DNA of 64,000 nt from contig OY740790.1 of NCBI GenBank assembly GCA_963514005.1, positions 51,522,001 through 51,586,000 of the forward strand, written 5' to 3'. Both the position numbers and the translations under genes were made by a program. This document shows, piece after piece, positions 1-44,152 of this stretch. The stretch's first letter is position 1; every line of letters starts with the position of its first letter. The notes beneath the pieces are model-generated. The model was not told where the DNA came from. It made no database searches and was given only the letters and a program-made list of their open reading frames with translations. Source of the DNA: Raja brachyura. Its lineage: Eukaryota.

Positions 1-496
1 CAATAGTTCAGCGAAATACATACTGTGGTTTGCCACAAGAAAAAAGAATTGCATTTCCATGTCTCTCAGAAACATCTCAATATGCTTTACATACTAAGAA
101 TTACTTTGAAGTGGAGTGACTGTCACTTTGTATACACAAGGCCCCAAAGTATACATTCCTATGCTATTCTTCAGAACCCCAGACCTCACTTCAAGTACCC
201 CCTGCAATGTTGTAATTAACAGATGTTAAATTCAAAAGCTCATGTCATAAAAATTATGGCTGAGGATATATGACCAAGAAGATTAGGAGCAGATTATTTT
301 ATAGTGCCCAGTAAATTTAACCCTAAACTACTAATGGAGATCTGGTTTAGGTTTCTGAATTTCACCTTCAGATACACAAGCTAACTTTGTTGTTTTTTTG
401 TCTTGTGCTATTTTCTCCATGCAAACTTTTACATACTTTACTGCTCACAAATAAATCGTGTACGGAAAATATGAAAGGGAAACTTTGAATTCTTAC

Positions 497-31362
<30,866 letters not shown>

Positions 31363-31647
31363 CTGGAGGAAAACACAGGAAAGAACATTTAAGCCACGTT
31401 ATTAACAGGAAATCTAACCTGTAATTACAGTGACAATAAACCTTGGAAACCTGTTCGGCAAGAGATCCACTCACTCCAACATCAATTCTGTCAACAGTAA
31501 CCAACTCTGGCTTGCGATATTTGCTATGGTCAGGGTGGCATGTTCAATTAAAAATCCCTCTTCGCTTTTGGGATCTTGGACTGTTGGAATGGAAGTCTTC
31601 TCTTTAAGTGTCTTTAATCAAATGATTTAAAGCCAATCTTTAATTAA

Positions 31648-31968
31648 GCGGCAGGGTGGCACAGCGGTAGAGTTGCTGCCTTACGGCAGCAGAGACCAGG
31701 CTCAGTCCTGACGATGGGTGCTGTCTGTACGGAGTTTGCATATTCTCCTCATACACCACATGGGTTTTCTCCCGGTGTTCCGGTTCCCTCTTATACTCCA
31801 AAAAACGTACAGGAAAACGTTTGTAGGTTGATTGGCTTCGGTAAAAATGATAAATTGTCACTATTGTGTAGGATAGTGCTAGTGTTGTCGAGAATTACTG
31901 GTCGGAACGGAGTAGGGGAGCCATAGTGCCTGGTTCCACGCTGTATCTCTAAACTGAACAAAACTAAA
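31648..31968 (+). mobile_element. HE1-type SINE, full length
   Basis: GTGGCACAGCGGTAGAGTTGCTGCCTTAC head, V-domain, CTGTATCTCTAAACT tail. Confidence 0.88.
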
Positions 31969-32544
31969 AAAACAATGGAAGAAATTGGTACTGATGGGAC
32001 AATCCCTCATAAAGATGGGAGATGACTGACTTGAAAACTTCTAGTCAACTTAAAGAGTTAAGGCACATTTAGTTTAAATAATTTTATAGTGCAATTATCT
32101 CAAGACTTGGTGAGTTAGATTCTGATACTTAAAGAACAAATATCTGCTCCATAATGTTAATAATCGTGGGGATAAATTCCCTCTTCTTCAAATTGCTCAT
32201 GTTTGCAGTGATACCACTTCCATTTAAAATCCCCATGAGCTGATCATAAGAAATGGCTGGCTATACTTAAGACACCTGCAGCCTGACCCAAAGCTCGCAG
32301 CAGTATGTCTAGATGTCCACTCTGAAGCATCTCAGGGTGGGGGAGGTAAATCCTTAAGCCTAAGTGATCCATTATTTAAATAGTACATGGAAAGCATTTA
32401 TCTGTACATACTTTACTCTTAGGCATTAAACATTCATTTAAAAAGAACAATGAATGTAACCCAAATTGTGAACAATAATAAATTATATCTCTTCCTTCCA
32501 GAGGCTTTCCTTAAAACAGGCAAAATAATAACCTGAATACCTAC

Positions 32545-32568
32545 AATAATAATAATAATAATAATAAT
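32545..32568 (+). repeat. (AAT)n microsatellite
   Basis: Direct reading. Confidence 0.9.
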
Positions 32569-35340
32569 CATAAGAACTATTTATGCTGTGATGTATTGGA
32601 AACTGTCAGCCTCATTCCCTCTGCATCAATTGGAGAAAGCCAAATGAGATGGAAAAATGGTTGCAAGAGAAGATTGGATATTCAAAATCGGTATGACATC
32701 CACGAGAAGGAAATAAATATTTTTCTTGCCCTCGACTTGTAGACCTGAACTAGTAACTTCCCACAGTATTTGATCTTTGTCAGGAACAGCAAATTGTTTT
32801 TGAGACTTGAGGTGATGCCCTTAACTGTTTTCGCTGTGCACCACATCCTCAAACGCAAGACACTAAATGGACTATCAGTCGAAACAAAGCACAGTGTGCC
32901 TTTACAAGAAGAACAGTCCAAGCCTTGATTACAGTATTGGGCTGTCATAAAAATCTACACTGAGACAGTACAGCCTCTCTTGGCCTGGAGTGCGTAAGAC
33001 ATTTCCTGGCTTGTATGGTGCATGCCTCTCACTTTCATTCCCTGATAACTAACCCTGCTCCCACTTCCCCACAGTACGGCTCCATTTCCTACATGCTTTA
33101 GTCTACAACACATTCCAAATTGAAAGGCTGGCAGACGTCCAATGTGAGGTAAGCCAGCATCATAGAGCAAGACCACAAACAGGGAGCATTATTTTTAATA
33201 TCCTGACAGATGCTGAGTTCCCTCCCCTTACTGTGGATAGCCAAACACCGCTGTCTGCTTGCTTCTTTAGATTGGCAGTTTAATACTTGTGCTACTAGGG
33301 GGTGGCAGGGCCTGCTCAAAGAACATCTATGTCAAAGCCTAAACAAAACCTTCCATTTATGCCGCACCATTCAATTTTTCCGGGAAAAAAAGCAGTCATT
33401 TTACGTTTTTAAAGTAGATGATCGAAGGTGTAATTATTAAAGGAACATTTTTCGAGCACGTGTTCGCCGATCTAGCTCTCCCAGTAGTGTGTGTGGTGCT
33501 TGAAGAAAAAGCAGGTCAGAGAGTTAATGTAGCCTTATCCCTACTGCTTACTCCCTCTGTCTTCCTGCATGAATTGCAGGATCAACAGATTTATACTTGT
33601 ATTTTATTCCATTAATAGCAAAGTTGCAGAGACGCCTTCCTTTTCTATCAGATTTTAACTCAACCACTGCCCTAATGCAGGAAGTAAAACCTCGTCTCAC
33701 TTTCAGTGTTTGTGATATTACACAGTAGGGAATAAAACTGTAGATACATCATCGGGGTTTCCATGTACCGCAAAACCATCTTGCATAAGACCTCCACTTC
33801 ATGAGTACATCAATGAAAGGAATGGATGATTTTCTACACAAATACTTTTTGCATATTCTCTTATGCTTTGATTGTGCTATATTCTGTATTTTTCTGCCAG
33901 CACAACTCATGCTTGTTTTGCATTGTAATTATATATTGTGAACTAAAACGATTCAATATTCTGTCACTGCACTGGAGACAGGGGGGTGGGGGGGGGGGGG
34001 GGGGGGAAGGGCTTTAGACTTGGACAAGTAATGTCACAAAGGGTGTTATTTTGAAAAGGCCAGCTTGGGCAAGAGTCCAAGTGTTCCTTTGCAATTCCCT
34101 CACAGGGGAGCCATTTGACTTCAACCACTGACTTTTCTCCACTGAAGAGTGGGGGGGGATGGGGGGGATGGGGTGGGGGTGGGAAATTGGATGGAGAGTC
34201 AATCTCAAAGGCAATGGTTGTGCGGCGTTTAGCAGCCAGTTAGAGACCAACACTGGGACCAAGTCATTTCACCACTTGATTTGGGGAGGCTATGTGGCAC
34301 AGCAGGCAATAAAAAGATATGCAATAAAACAGAATTAAACAAATTCTTGTTAAAAATATCTTCCTTTTTTTTAGCTGGGGCAGAAATAAATGTGGGCCAC
34401 ACTAAGCAGTCAGAACTCCATGGGCATAAACAGTTTTATTGAAGCCTCTGGTGTGCTGTCTTAAATGACCTGCATGTAAAATAAGCCCAATTTAATTTTA
34501 CTAGAGGCGCAGAAAATGGATAAACCATGTTGCCTTTCTGAAAAGAAATAGCAAATAATTGGAAACTTTAAAGAAAATAAAATAAATCCATTCCTATTTA
34601 AAATCAGCAATGTGATTTAATGCCAAACTCTTTAAACTCACAAGAAAGAGAAAATATCCTCAAATTCCAAAATGGGCTTAACCAGGCCAAACACAACAAG
34701 GCACGATAAAAATTAACCATTTGAAAAGCTACATGTTAAAGAAGACATGGTCTCGTTTGATAAAGTTCTGTGATTATTACAAACTGCTGATCCCTCTTCA
34801 ACCTGACCAAAGCACATAGTTTGTATTGAGATAATTTCCAGTCAACATAAGCATCAATCGATCACTGCACTCTTGAAGAGGCAGTGTTACACTTTGACCC
34901 TTTTAAGACCCCTTCATCAGGGCACCTATTAAAGATGTTAGCTCTAATTACAACCTGCCCATGTGGTAGGAATGTAATAGGCGCATGTGGGGGTTAGAAT
35001 GGAGCCTGGATAGGACCCACTGGGTTTCTGACCTCTACAATTTTCACAGCTAGATTTTCACTACAGCGCAAACCTCCAACACTGCATACACGGTGCTGCA
35101 TTAAAAGTGATTTGGAGAGGTAGTTGCCTCTGCAGCACACTCTCATTTACCTGGTATTTATGCATCGTGGATTCTCATGCAAACAACAACAAAATATTTT
35201 GATGAAAATAAAGTCAACTGTGAATTTTATTTCAAGCATTATGCAAAGGATGTTTAATCTGTTTTTGTTTTTTCATAAAGACTGTGCAGTTGAAGACTAC
35301 TTGGCAGCAACATCCTCTGATTTGGCTTTTCGTGTGATGG

Positions 35341-35632
35341 TAAGAATAAGGAGTAAGCCATTTAGAACGGAGACGAGGAAACACTTTTTCTCACAGAGAG
35401 TGGTGAGTCTGTGGAATTCACTGCCTCAATGTGAAGGGCTGTGGAGGCAGGTTCTCTGGATGTTTTCAAGAGAGAGCTAGATAGGGCTCTTAAAAATAGC
35501 AGTCAGGGGATATGGGGAGAAGGCAGGAACGGGGTACTGATTGGGGATGATCAGCCATGATCACATTGAATGGCGGTGCAGGGTCGAAGGGCCGAACGGC
35601 CTACTCCTGCACCTATTGTCTATTGTCTACTG
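35341..35632 (+). mobile_element. CR1 LINE 3' fragment
   Basis: FRTETRKHFFSQRVVSLWNSLPQ; GATCAGCCATGATC 3' UTR; (CTATTGT)n tail. Confidence 0.85.
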
Positions 35633-36340
35633 TAAGTACAGCCATTCATTTGAGTTACTTTTTTCTGTATTTTACTTTGGTACCATTTAACCTTAAAATA
35701 TAGAACGGCAGCTTAAAACATTGTTATTTCAAAAGGGTAAGAAGATGTATTTTGGCAATGTCATAATGGTTTATATATAGATTATTAGTGTGTGGAGACA
35801 CAAGGAATTTTAGATGCTGGAATCTTCAGCAAAATACAAATTGCTGGAGTAACTCAGTGGGTCAGGCAGCATCTCTAGAGGGCATGGATAGGCAAAGTTT
35901 CAGGTTGGGACCCTTCTTCAGACTGATTGTAGGTAGTGGGGGGGCGGGGGGGGGGGGGAGATAGCTGGAAAAGAGTGACAAGTGATGGGAGGATACAGGT
36001 AGGGGGATTTTGACGGGTGGACAAAGGTTAAAGAGGAAACGGAGACAGAGGGTGTAAGGTGAGGAGAGAGGAGGCGCAAAGTACGAAGTCAGAGGAAGGA
36101 GTATAGGTGGAAGGGGACAGGGGGAAGAGGAAAGAGGACTTGATAGTGGGAGAAATGGGGGCACATCCAGATGGGTTACAGGGAATAATAGGGGGTACCC
36201 TATTACTAATGCGGGATGTACAGTAATTGATTTTTGAGAAATTCTCGTGCAATTGGCATGGTCATGCAACAAACACTGCCCCCCACCCCCCCCCCCCCCC
36301 CCCCCCCCACAAATGTATTCCCATGGATGGCTAAGAGCAT

Positions 36341-36659
36341 AGTTTAGTTTTAGTTTAACTTAGAGATACAGTGCAGAAACAGAAACTTTGGCCCACCGAG
36401 TCCGTGCCCACCAGCGGCCCCTGCACACTAACACCACCCTACACACACTAGGGACAATTTACAATTTTACCAAAGCCAATTCACCTACAAACCTGTACAT
36501 CTTTGGAGTGTGGGAGGAAACCGGAGCACCCGGAGAAAACCCATGCAGGTCACGGGGAGAACATACAAACTCCGTACAGACGGCGCCCGTGGTCAGGATC
36601 AAACCCGGGTCTCTGGCGCTGTAAGGCAGCAACTCTACCGCTGCGCCACTGTGCCGCCC
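36341..36659 (-). mobile_element. HE1-type SINE, full length
   Basis: Head, V-domain and (CTAAA)n tail intact. Confidence 0.9.
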
Positions 36660-37221
36660 CAAACTGCAGCAATGAACCATAACCCTGCTTTCAGTCTGCA
36701 TTTTACAAAAGGAATTTCATGATCAATTATCTTTATTTAACTTGGAAAGGGTGGCCACTATCAGTATTTGGGTATCACAAATCATTGCTGGTGGGTTGCC
36801 AGCTGTTGAGTGACCTCCAGCTGCTCGCATCTCAAATCCCACCACCATAGATAATGTACCCCCCACACTCAAAGACTATGTGGCCAGCAGAGAGGTTATG
36901 GCAGGAACTCTCTGAAAACCCCACACATTGCACTCTATGGCATTTCTTCGAATTCTATACTTATAAGAAATGGCATGTGACTTTGCCAACGTTGCATAAA
37001 CTTCAGTTCAGCTTCAATTTCATATTTTAGTTTAACTTAGTGGATTGGATGATTTAGGCTGTGAACTAAACCATGCTTCAAATGATCCGCTGGCCAGGAA
37101 AGCCTTTTCAAATTGTGTTCTTTTCGTTACTTTGCAAACAAACAAAATGTGGACTGTCTCTATAATTATAGGATTGGTGAACTAAATTATAGTTATTTGC
37201 TATCTCCTGTTCTTTCAGCTG

Positions 37222-37230
37222 GACCACCCA
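37222..37230 (+). promoter_or_regulatory. Perfect GLI consensus site GACCACCCA (upstream of exon 3)
   Basis: Exact consensus; one-mismatch sites TGGGTGGTT at 38348-38356 and GACCTCCCA at 38501-38509 nearby. Confidence 0.55.
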
Positions 37231-38599
37231 GAATATCTAAACATAAAAATTGGCTGACACCCCATCTTGTCATACCCAAATGCCTAGGCAATATCCAGTT
37301 TAAAAAAAAGTCGTGGAGGAACGAGAAACTGCTTCTTTCTTTGACTGGCTTTGTTCCTGCAACCACATGCTATTTTCTCAATGCTTAGTTTATGCTGCCA
37401 TTAGCACAAGTCCGGTTCCTCCTTTTTGTCTAAAAGGCATTATTACACAACAGAACAGAAGCCCTCCTGGTCAACCAAACTCTTTCGTCAAACAAATTAA
37501 CATGATAGTTGGCCTTGTCAATGTTGCACCCCTCCATCTGCTGGGCGGTGCATAAGCTTTATCCCACAGGTGAACTGTGGGGTGGAAGGTACTCTACGCC
37601 ACATGCCATTATAAGGAGAGTGATAAGCATTTGAGAATGATAGCCATGAATCTTTGTCGAGACAACAAGCTGCCAGTTGCAACATGCTGTAAAGCCGCAA
37701 CATCCTTGAAAAACAAATTTCCCTTCATCTCCTTAAATCCTTATCTATAACAACATTAATGCCTTGGCATCAAACATCAGAATCCATTCTCCATTGCAAA
37801 CCTGTGTCAATGTTATTCGATAATTATCCATTAACCATAACAGAATGAACACACTCCAACCCTAATCTACAACAAGGAATTAAGAACACAGGCAGACATC
37901 AAGAAAGATTGAAAGTTCATTGGAAATAAAAAAGATATGAATACTAAAATGCCTCACATATCTAAAAGCGCAAGAAAATGGAAAATTTACATTCAGCAAC
38001 AAAAAAGTGGATGGTAAGTATTAAATTATGTAATGGGTGCAATAGCTTGGTGGGGGGTGAGTATTAGGAAGTATCTTACATCAAGTAACAGGAAGGACTG
38101 GGAAAAGAGGAATGCTTTGCTGTTTGAAGTGCATAATTTTGTAAATTATGTGGGAAATAATGGATACTTGAAGATGATTCAAGAAAAATGGTTGTCTTGG
38201 AATGATTATAAGGTTGTGATCTAGTTGAGGAAATGAGATGGTGTGTGCACAGAGTAATGGCTACCTGGGCAAGTTTCAAAGCAGTACTGTAATTGAGGGG
38301 TTGAAGCCCAAAGTAAACCGTTCTGAAATGACTTTGGGTGATGCATGTGGGTGGTTTCCGTCCAGTGTGAGCCCTTTTAATTCATACTGCCTGCACAAAA
38401 GGGACTGTTCTCAATGACAGTCTCAAGTGTGTGTTCCAAGTTAATGTAGAGTGCTGTCTGTCAGACAAACCTTGGCTCAGCACAAATACAGTCAAATGCA
38501 GACCTCCCAATACATCATCTTTGTTGAACGATTACTGTATACTTTGTTTGTTTCTCTCATTCCTTTGCTTACTGAAATACTTTATATTAAACTACATAA

Positions 38600-38816
38600 G
38601 TATGTTCTCCCCGTGACCTGCGTGGGTTTTCTCCAGGTGCTCCGGTTTCCCCCCACACTCCAAAGACCTACGGGTTTGTAGGTTAATCAGCTTGGTGAAA
38701 TTGTAAATTGTCCCTAAAGGGTGTAGGATATTGTTAATGTGTGGGGATCGCTGGTTGGCACGGACTCGGTGGGCCGAAGGGCCTGTTTCCGTGCTCTGTA
38801 TCTCTAAACTAAACTA
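38600..38816 (+). mobile_element. HE1-type SINE, 5'-truncated
   Basis: V-domain and tail. Confidence 0.85.
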
Positions 38817-39235
38817 CAAAAACCAAACATTCCAGTCAACCACTTTAAGCTGATTTGGATTTGACTTGCCATTTCTGCTTTGTATATTTTTAAGTCAATG
38901 GGGTCGATGTTGGAAGCACAGTACCAAAGCTTTTCATTGAGTGGTTTCTTTGGGACTCAGCAAAGCCACTTAGGCCACAGCTGCACTAGAGCCTCAGTAG
39001 CAACAAGCCAACACAAATACACAAGGTAGTATCTTCACTTTATCTGCAGACAAATAGGCTATAAAAAAATGTTTTGTAATGGGAAAATCAAAAGTGAATG
39101 ATTAGATTTGTTTTAATAAGCTCTTCATCCAGCTGGTTAGGATGTTGTTGTGCCCTCCCTTCACTACCAAGGTCTGTTTTTTTTGGCTGGATTTGTGATC
39201 TACCTCCACTTCAGTATCACTGATTATTATAATAC

Positions 39236-39501
39236 TTTAGTTTAGTTTAAAGCGTGGAAACAGGCCCTTTGGCCCTCCCAGTCCATGCCGACCAGCAATC
39301 CCCGCACACCCACACTACCCCACACACACTAGCTAATTAACCTCCAAATCTGTATGTCTTTAGAGTGTGGGCGGAAACCAAGAAAACCCACGTGGTCACA
39401 GGGAGAACGCACAAACTCCGTACAGACAGCACCCGTAGTCAGAATCGAACCCGGGTCTCTGGTGCTGTAAGGCAGCAACTGCTGAGATACCCGTGCCGCC
39501 C
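39236..39501 (-). mobile_element. HE1-type SINE
   Basis: B-box GGTTCGATTC, deleted V-domain, tail. Confidence 0.85.
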
Positions 39502-39532
39502 CAAACCACAATATTTGAAACCACAATTTTAA

Positions 39533-39741
39533 TTTCTCTGCCACAGAAGGTAGTTGAGGCCAGTTCATTGGCTATATTTAAGAGGGAGTTAGATGTGGCC
39601 CTTGTGGCTAATGGGATCAGGGGGTATGGAGAAAAGGCAGGTACAGGATACTGAGTTGGATGATCAGCCATGATCATATTAAAGAGCGGGGCAGGCTCGG
39701 AGGGCTGAATGGCCTACTCCTGCACCTGTTTCTATGTTTCT
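39533..39741 (+). mobile_element. CR1 LINE 3' fragment
   Basis: CTGCCACAGAAGG...GATCAGCCATGATC...GGCCTACTCCTGCACCT, TTTCTATG tail. Confidence 0.8.
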
Positions 39742-40820
39742 AATTGTTTCTTCACTGTACTTTTGGTTTATTCTCCATTGAACATACGAATGTTGATTAA
39801 ATAGCTTCACTACCATTCGGGTTCTTTGAACAGCTGTCACACTGTACACAGCAGAAGATCTGGGAGGCTAGTCCTGCCAATATTTCCATTCCTTCCTGCG
39901 GATAAGCACTTAGCCTCTGCTCTGCACCCTCCCTGCAGTCAGAAGGTTGACAGATGTTACCTGGCACCCTATCAATCAGTGCACAAGAAAACCTGCTGAG
40001 CTACTGGACGGCCGAATAACAAGTGATCATTTTACTAGCCACATTAGTTTTATGAATTTGTACGTAGTTTGTTTATATTGGATCCACACTATGGGACAGA
40101 TTCAAACTCAAAACCTGGTCCTTTTCGGACTGACAAAAGCTTAGGGTTAACACTGGATGGGCCCAAGATGCCAAAATCAATCATCTCTTTGCAGGAACAG
40201 TAACAAGGTCCTGAAAAGAAACAGAATTGATATGACGATCAGCCATGACCTGATTCAATAGCAGAATGAACTGAAGGACCATGCTCCTATTTCCAGGGTC
40301 CTTTATCAAGAAGAAAATTTCTCCATACCCTTGTGGTCTTACCCAGGTAAGAATGTAATCTCTCCAGTCTATTCACAGAGTTACTGTCCATAATAGTTCC
40401 CGAGATTAAATAAATCAAATTTGGGGATTGATCTCACGTTGCTCATGTTTTCTTGGGGGAATCCATCTCTTGTTGCATCTCCAGTGGGAGTGTAGGACAA
40501 ACATTCTGTTTTCGAATCCTTGTTCCTTTTGCAATTAGAACATAGAACTAGAAAAGTACAGCACAGGGAAAAGGCCAAGAAGAAAACCCAACATACCAGA
40601 AGAAAACGAAATTGCACTTAAAATATGTCAATGAGTGTGCAAGGCCTAATTCATCATCAAAACCAGAACGGTTTTATAGCCAAACTGCTCTGAGTTTTAT
40701 TTTGTACAAGTACATTACATTCAACCAAGACATTCAACACGTTTTGAAATTTGATTCTGCATGTCAGAAAAATGTGCATACGGTTCTTTACATTTATTCA
40801 CTAATTGATCCTGAAACAGA

Positions 40821-41030
40821 GGGCCAGCATGGTGGTGCTGTGGAAGATTTGCTGCCTTACGGTGCCACAGACCCGGGTTCAATGCTGACTATGGGTGCTG
40901 CCTGACCAGAGGTTGTACATTCTTCTCGTGACCGCGTGGGTTTTCTCTGGGTGCTCCGGTTTCCTCCAACACTCCAAAGATGTACAGGTTTGTAGGTTAA
41001 TTGGTTTCGGTAAAAATTGGAAATTATTCA
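40821..41030 (+). mobile_element. HE1-type SINE, 3'-truncated
   Basis: Head and V-domain, no tail. Confidence 0.8.
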
Positions 41031-41586
41031 TAATGTATCCTAAGGGGCACACAGGTCTCCAACTATTGGATATCATAGCTTCTACAGTCCTACCTGCTAA
41101 ATGCTTCTGAAATCTGGGCTTTAACAAAATAGTTATGGACCCATGCAATGACCATACAATGTGTCCACATCAATGCACTACAATTATGTCTAACATCTTT
41201 TGTAAGACAATTTTGTGTACACCTAATTATCAATGATTAATCTTTATAGGTGACAATGATAGCACATATACAGGCAGTTTGGGCCAACACTTCAATTTGC
41301 TTGAGCAGTAGCCCATTCTGGTCAAGGTAATGTCTTTATGCGGCTTTCCTTCCACACATCTAACTTTCTCTGACGTACTGGCACAGTGGGTGCAAGTCAT
41401 GAGCTCTGCTAGTTTATTCTGAGGTATCACAACACTCCTTCTAAAAAGGGTTTGTCCAACTGCTAGTTCTCAACCTCTACCACTTAATCCTACATTGCTT
41501 TACCTTTCAGGTTAAAAGCTCTCAATCACTGGCGACAGGGTCTACAAACTCACCCTGGCTGGTAGCACCAGTTACACAATGTAGTT

Positions 41587-43480
41587 GTGGTGCTTGAGGA
41601 GTATAAGGAATGTAAAAAGAATCTTAAGAAAGAAATTAGAAAAGCTAAAAGATATGAGGTTGCTTTGGCAAGGAAGGTGAAAGTAAATCCAAAGGGTTTC
41701 TACAGCTATATTAATAGCAAAAGGATAACAAGGGATAAAATTGGTCCATTGGAGAGACCGAGTGGACAGCTATCTGCAGAGCCAAAAGAGATGGGGGAGA
41801 TATTGAACAATTTCTTTTCTTCGGTATTCACCAAGTAGCTATGGATACTATGAGTTTCAAAGTAAAAGAAGTACTGGCACTTTTGGAAAATATAAAAGTG
41901 GATAAGTCTCCAGGTCCTGACAGGATATTCCCTAGGACATTGAGGGAAGTTAGTGTAGAAATAGCCGGGGCTATGACAGAAATATTTCAAATGTCATTAG
42001 AAACGGGAATAGTCCCCGAGGATTGGCGTACTGCGCATGTTGTTCCATTGTTTAAAAAGGGTTCTAAAAGTAAACCTAGCAATTATAGACCGGTTAGTTT
42101 GACTTCAGTGGTGGGCAAATTAATGGAAAAGATACTTAGAGATAATATATATAAGTATCTGGATAAAGAGGGTCTAATTAGGAACAGTCAACATGGATTT
42201 ATGCCTGGAAGGTCATGTTTGACTAATCTTCTTGAATTTTTTGAAGAGGTTACTAGGGAAATTGACGAGGGTAAAGCAGTGGATGTTGTCTATATGGACT
42301 TCAGTAAGGCCTTTGACAAGGTTCCTCATGGAAGGTTGGTTAAGAAGGTTCAACTGTTGGGTATAAATGCAGGAATAGCAAGATGGATTCAACAGTGGCT
42401 GAATGGGAGAAGCCAGAGGGTAATGGTGGATGGCTGTTTGTCGGGTTGGAGGCAGGTGACTAGTGGGGTGCCTCAGGGATCTGTGTTGGGTCCTTTGTTG
42501 TTTGTCATGTACATCAATGATCTGGATGAAGGGATGGTAAATTGGATTAGTAAGTATGCAGATGATACCAAGATAGGGGGTGTTGTGGATAATGAAGAGG
42601 ATTTCCAAAGTCTACAGAGTGATTTAGGCCAGTTGGAAAAATGGGCTGAAAGATGGCAGATGGAGTTTAATGCTGATAAATGTGAGGTGCTACACCTTGG
42701 CAGGACAAATCAAAATAGGACGTACATGGTAAACGGTAGGGAATTGAAGAATACAGTTGAACAGAGGGATCTGGGAATAACCGTGCATAGTTCCTTGAAG
42801 GTGGAATCTCGTATAGATAGGGTGGTAAAGAAAGCTTTTGGTATGCTAGCCTTTATAAATCAGAGCATTGAGTATAGAAGCTGGGATGTAATGTTAAAAT
42901 TGTACAAGGCGTTGGTGAGACCAAATCTGGAGTATGGTGTACAATTTTGGTCGCCCAATTATAGGAAGGATGTCAACAAAATAGAGAGGGTACAGAGGAG
43001 ATTTACTAGAATGTTGCCTGGTTTCAACAGCTAAGTTACAGAGATAGGTTGAATAAGTTAGGTCTTTATTCTCTGGAGCGCAGAAGGTTAAGGGGGGACT
43101 TGATAGAGGTCTTTAAAATGATGAGAGGGATAGACAGAGTTAATGTGGACAAGCTTTTCCCTTTGAGAATAGGGAAGATTCAAACAAGAGGACATGACTT
43201 TAGAATTAAGGGACAGAGGTTTAGGGGTAACATGAGGGGGAACTTCTTTACTCAGAGATTGGTAGCGGTGTGGAATGAGCTTCCAGTGGAAGTGGTGGCG
43301 GCAGGTTCGTTGGTATCATTTAAAAATAAATTGGATAGGCATATGGATGAGAATGGTATGGAGGGTTATGGTATGAGTGCAGGCAGGTGGGACTAAGGGA
43401 AAAAAGTTGTTCGGCACGGACTTGAAGGGCCGAGATGGCCTGTTTCCGTGCTGTAATTGTTATATGGTTATATGGTTATA
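41587..43480 (+). mobile_element. CR1-clade (HER1-like) LINE, 5'-truncated, young but defective (copy B)
   Basis: RT motifs KSPGPD, NYRPVSLTS, QHGF, DFSKAFDKV, GVPQGSVLGP, YADD; C-terminal TRGH and RGNFFTQR; 3' tail (TATATGGT-like) repeat. ORF broken near 41838 and by a 1-nt frameshift near 43021; possible TAGTT TSD at 41582-41586 and 43479-43483. Confidence 0.95.
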
Positions 43481-43857
43481 GTTCTAGGTTTACATAACAT
43501 TCTGCTTTTAAAATTAAAGTGAGTGGAATTGAAGCAAGATATTACACTCTGCTGTCTTTGTACAATGCATATACATCTAGTGACCAAGAACAAACTTCTT
43601 CCATTGTCTCTTTTTTTTTGTGCTGCCTCTATTCTTTCATAATTTTAAACACCTCTCATGTGACTTATTCTCCTCTGTTCCAATGTAATCAGCAAGTGAT
43701 GTTTAAGTTTTTCTTTGTGTTTGCATTTCTTCATACCTGGCAATGAGTGCATGCTGTACCACCAGAATGACTTCAAAGCCAAGATAAGATCAGCCATGAT
43801 CTGTTGAATGGTGCAATAGCCTTGTGTGGCCAAATGGAGTACATCTGTTTTGTTTCA

Positions 43858-44152
43858 TTTAGTTTAGAGATACAGCGTGGAAACAGGCCCACCGAGTCCG
43901 CGCAGACCAACATTCCCCACACAATAGCACTATCCTACATATTAGGGACAATTTACAAACTTTACTGATGCCAATTAACATACAAACCTGTACATCCTTG
44001 GAGTGTGGGAGGAAACGTCCCCATGACCGAGGAAAACTGACGCGGTCATGGGGAGGATGTACAAACTCCGTACAGACAGCACCTGGGGCCAGGATGGAAT
44101 GTGGGTCTCTGGCGCTGTAAGGCAGCAACTCTACCACTGTGTCACCATGCCG
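43858..44152 (-). mobile_element. HE1-type SINE
   Basis: Head, V-domain, tail. Confidence 0.85.

Noticed and set aside
32682-32948. ORF containing NNLLFLTKIKYCGKLLV, superficially like Patched exon 2 (LF.LGC.IQ..CGK.L)
   Set aside because: No KAPLW or LWVE motifs, wrong spacing, no transmembrane stretch after CGK
41841-43034. 397-aa ORF as a host gene or active retrotransposon
   Set aside because: It is the RT of a 5'-truncated CR1 lacking the endonuclease and carrying a frameshift
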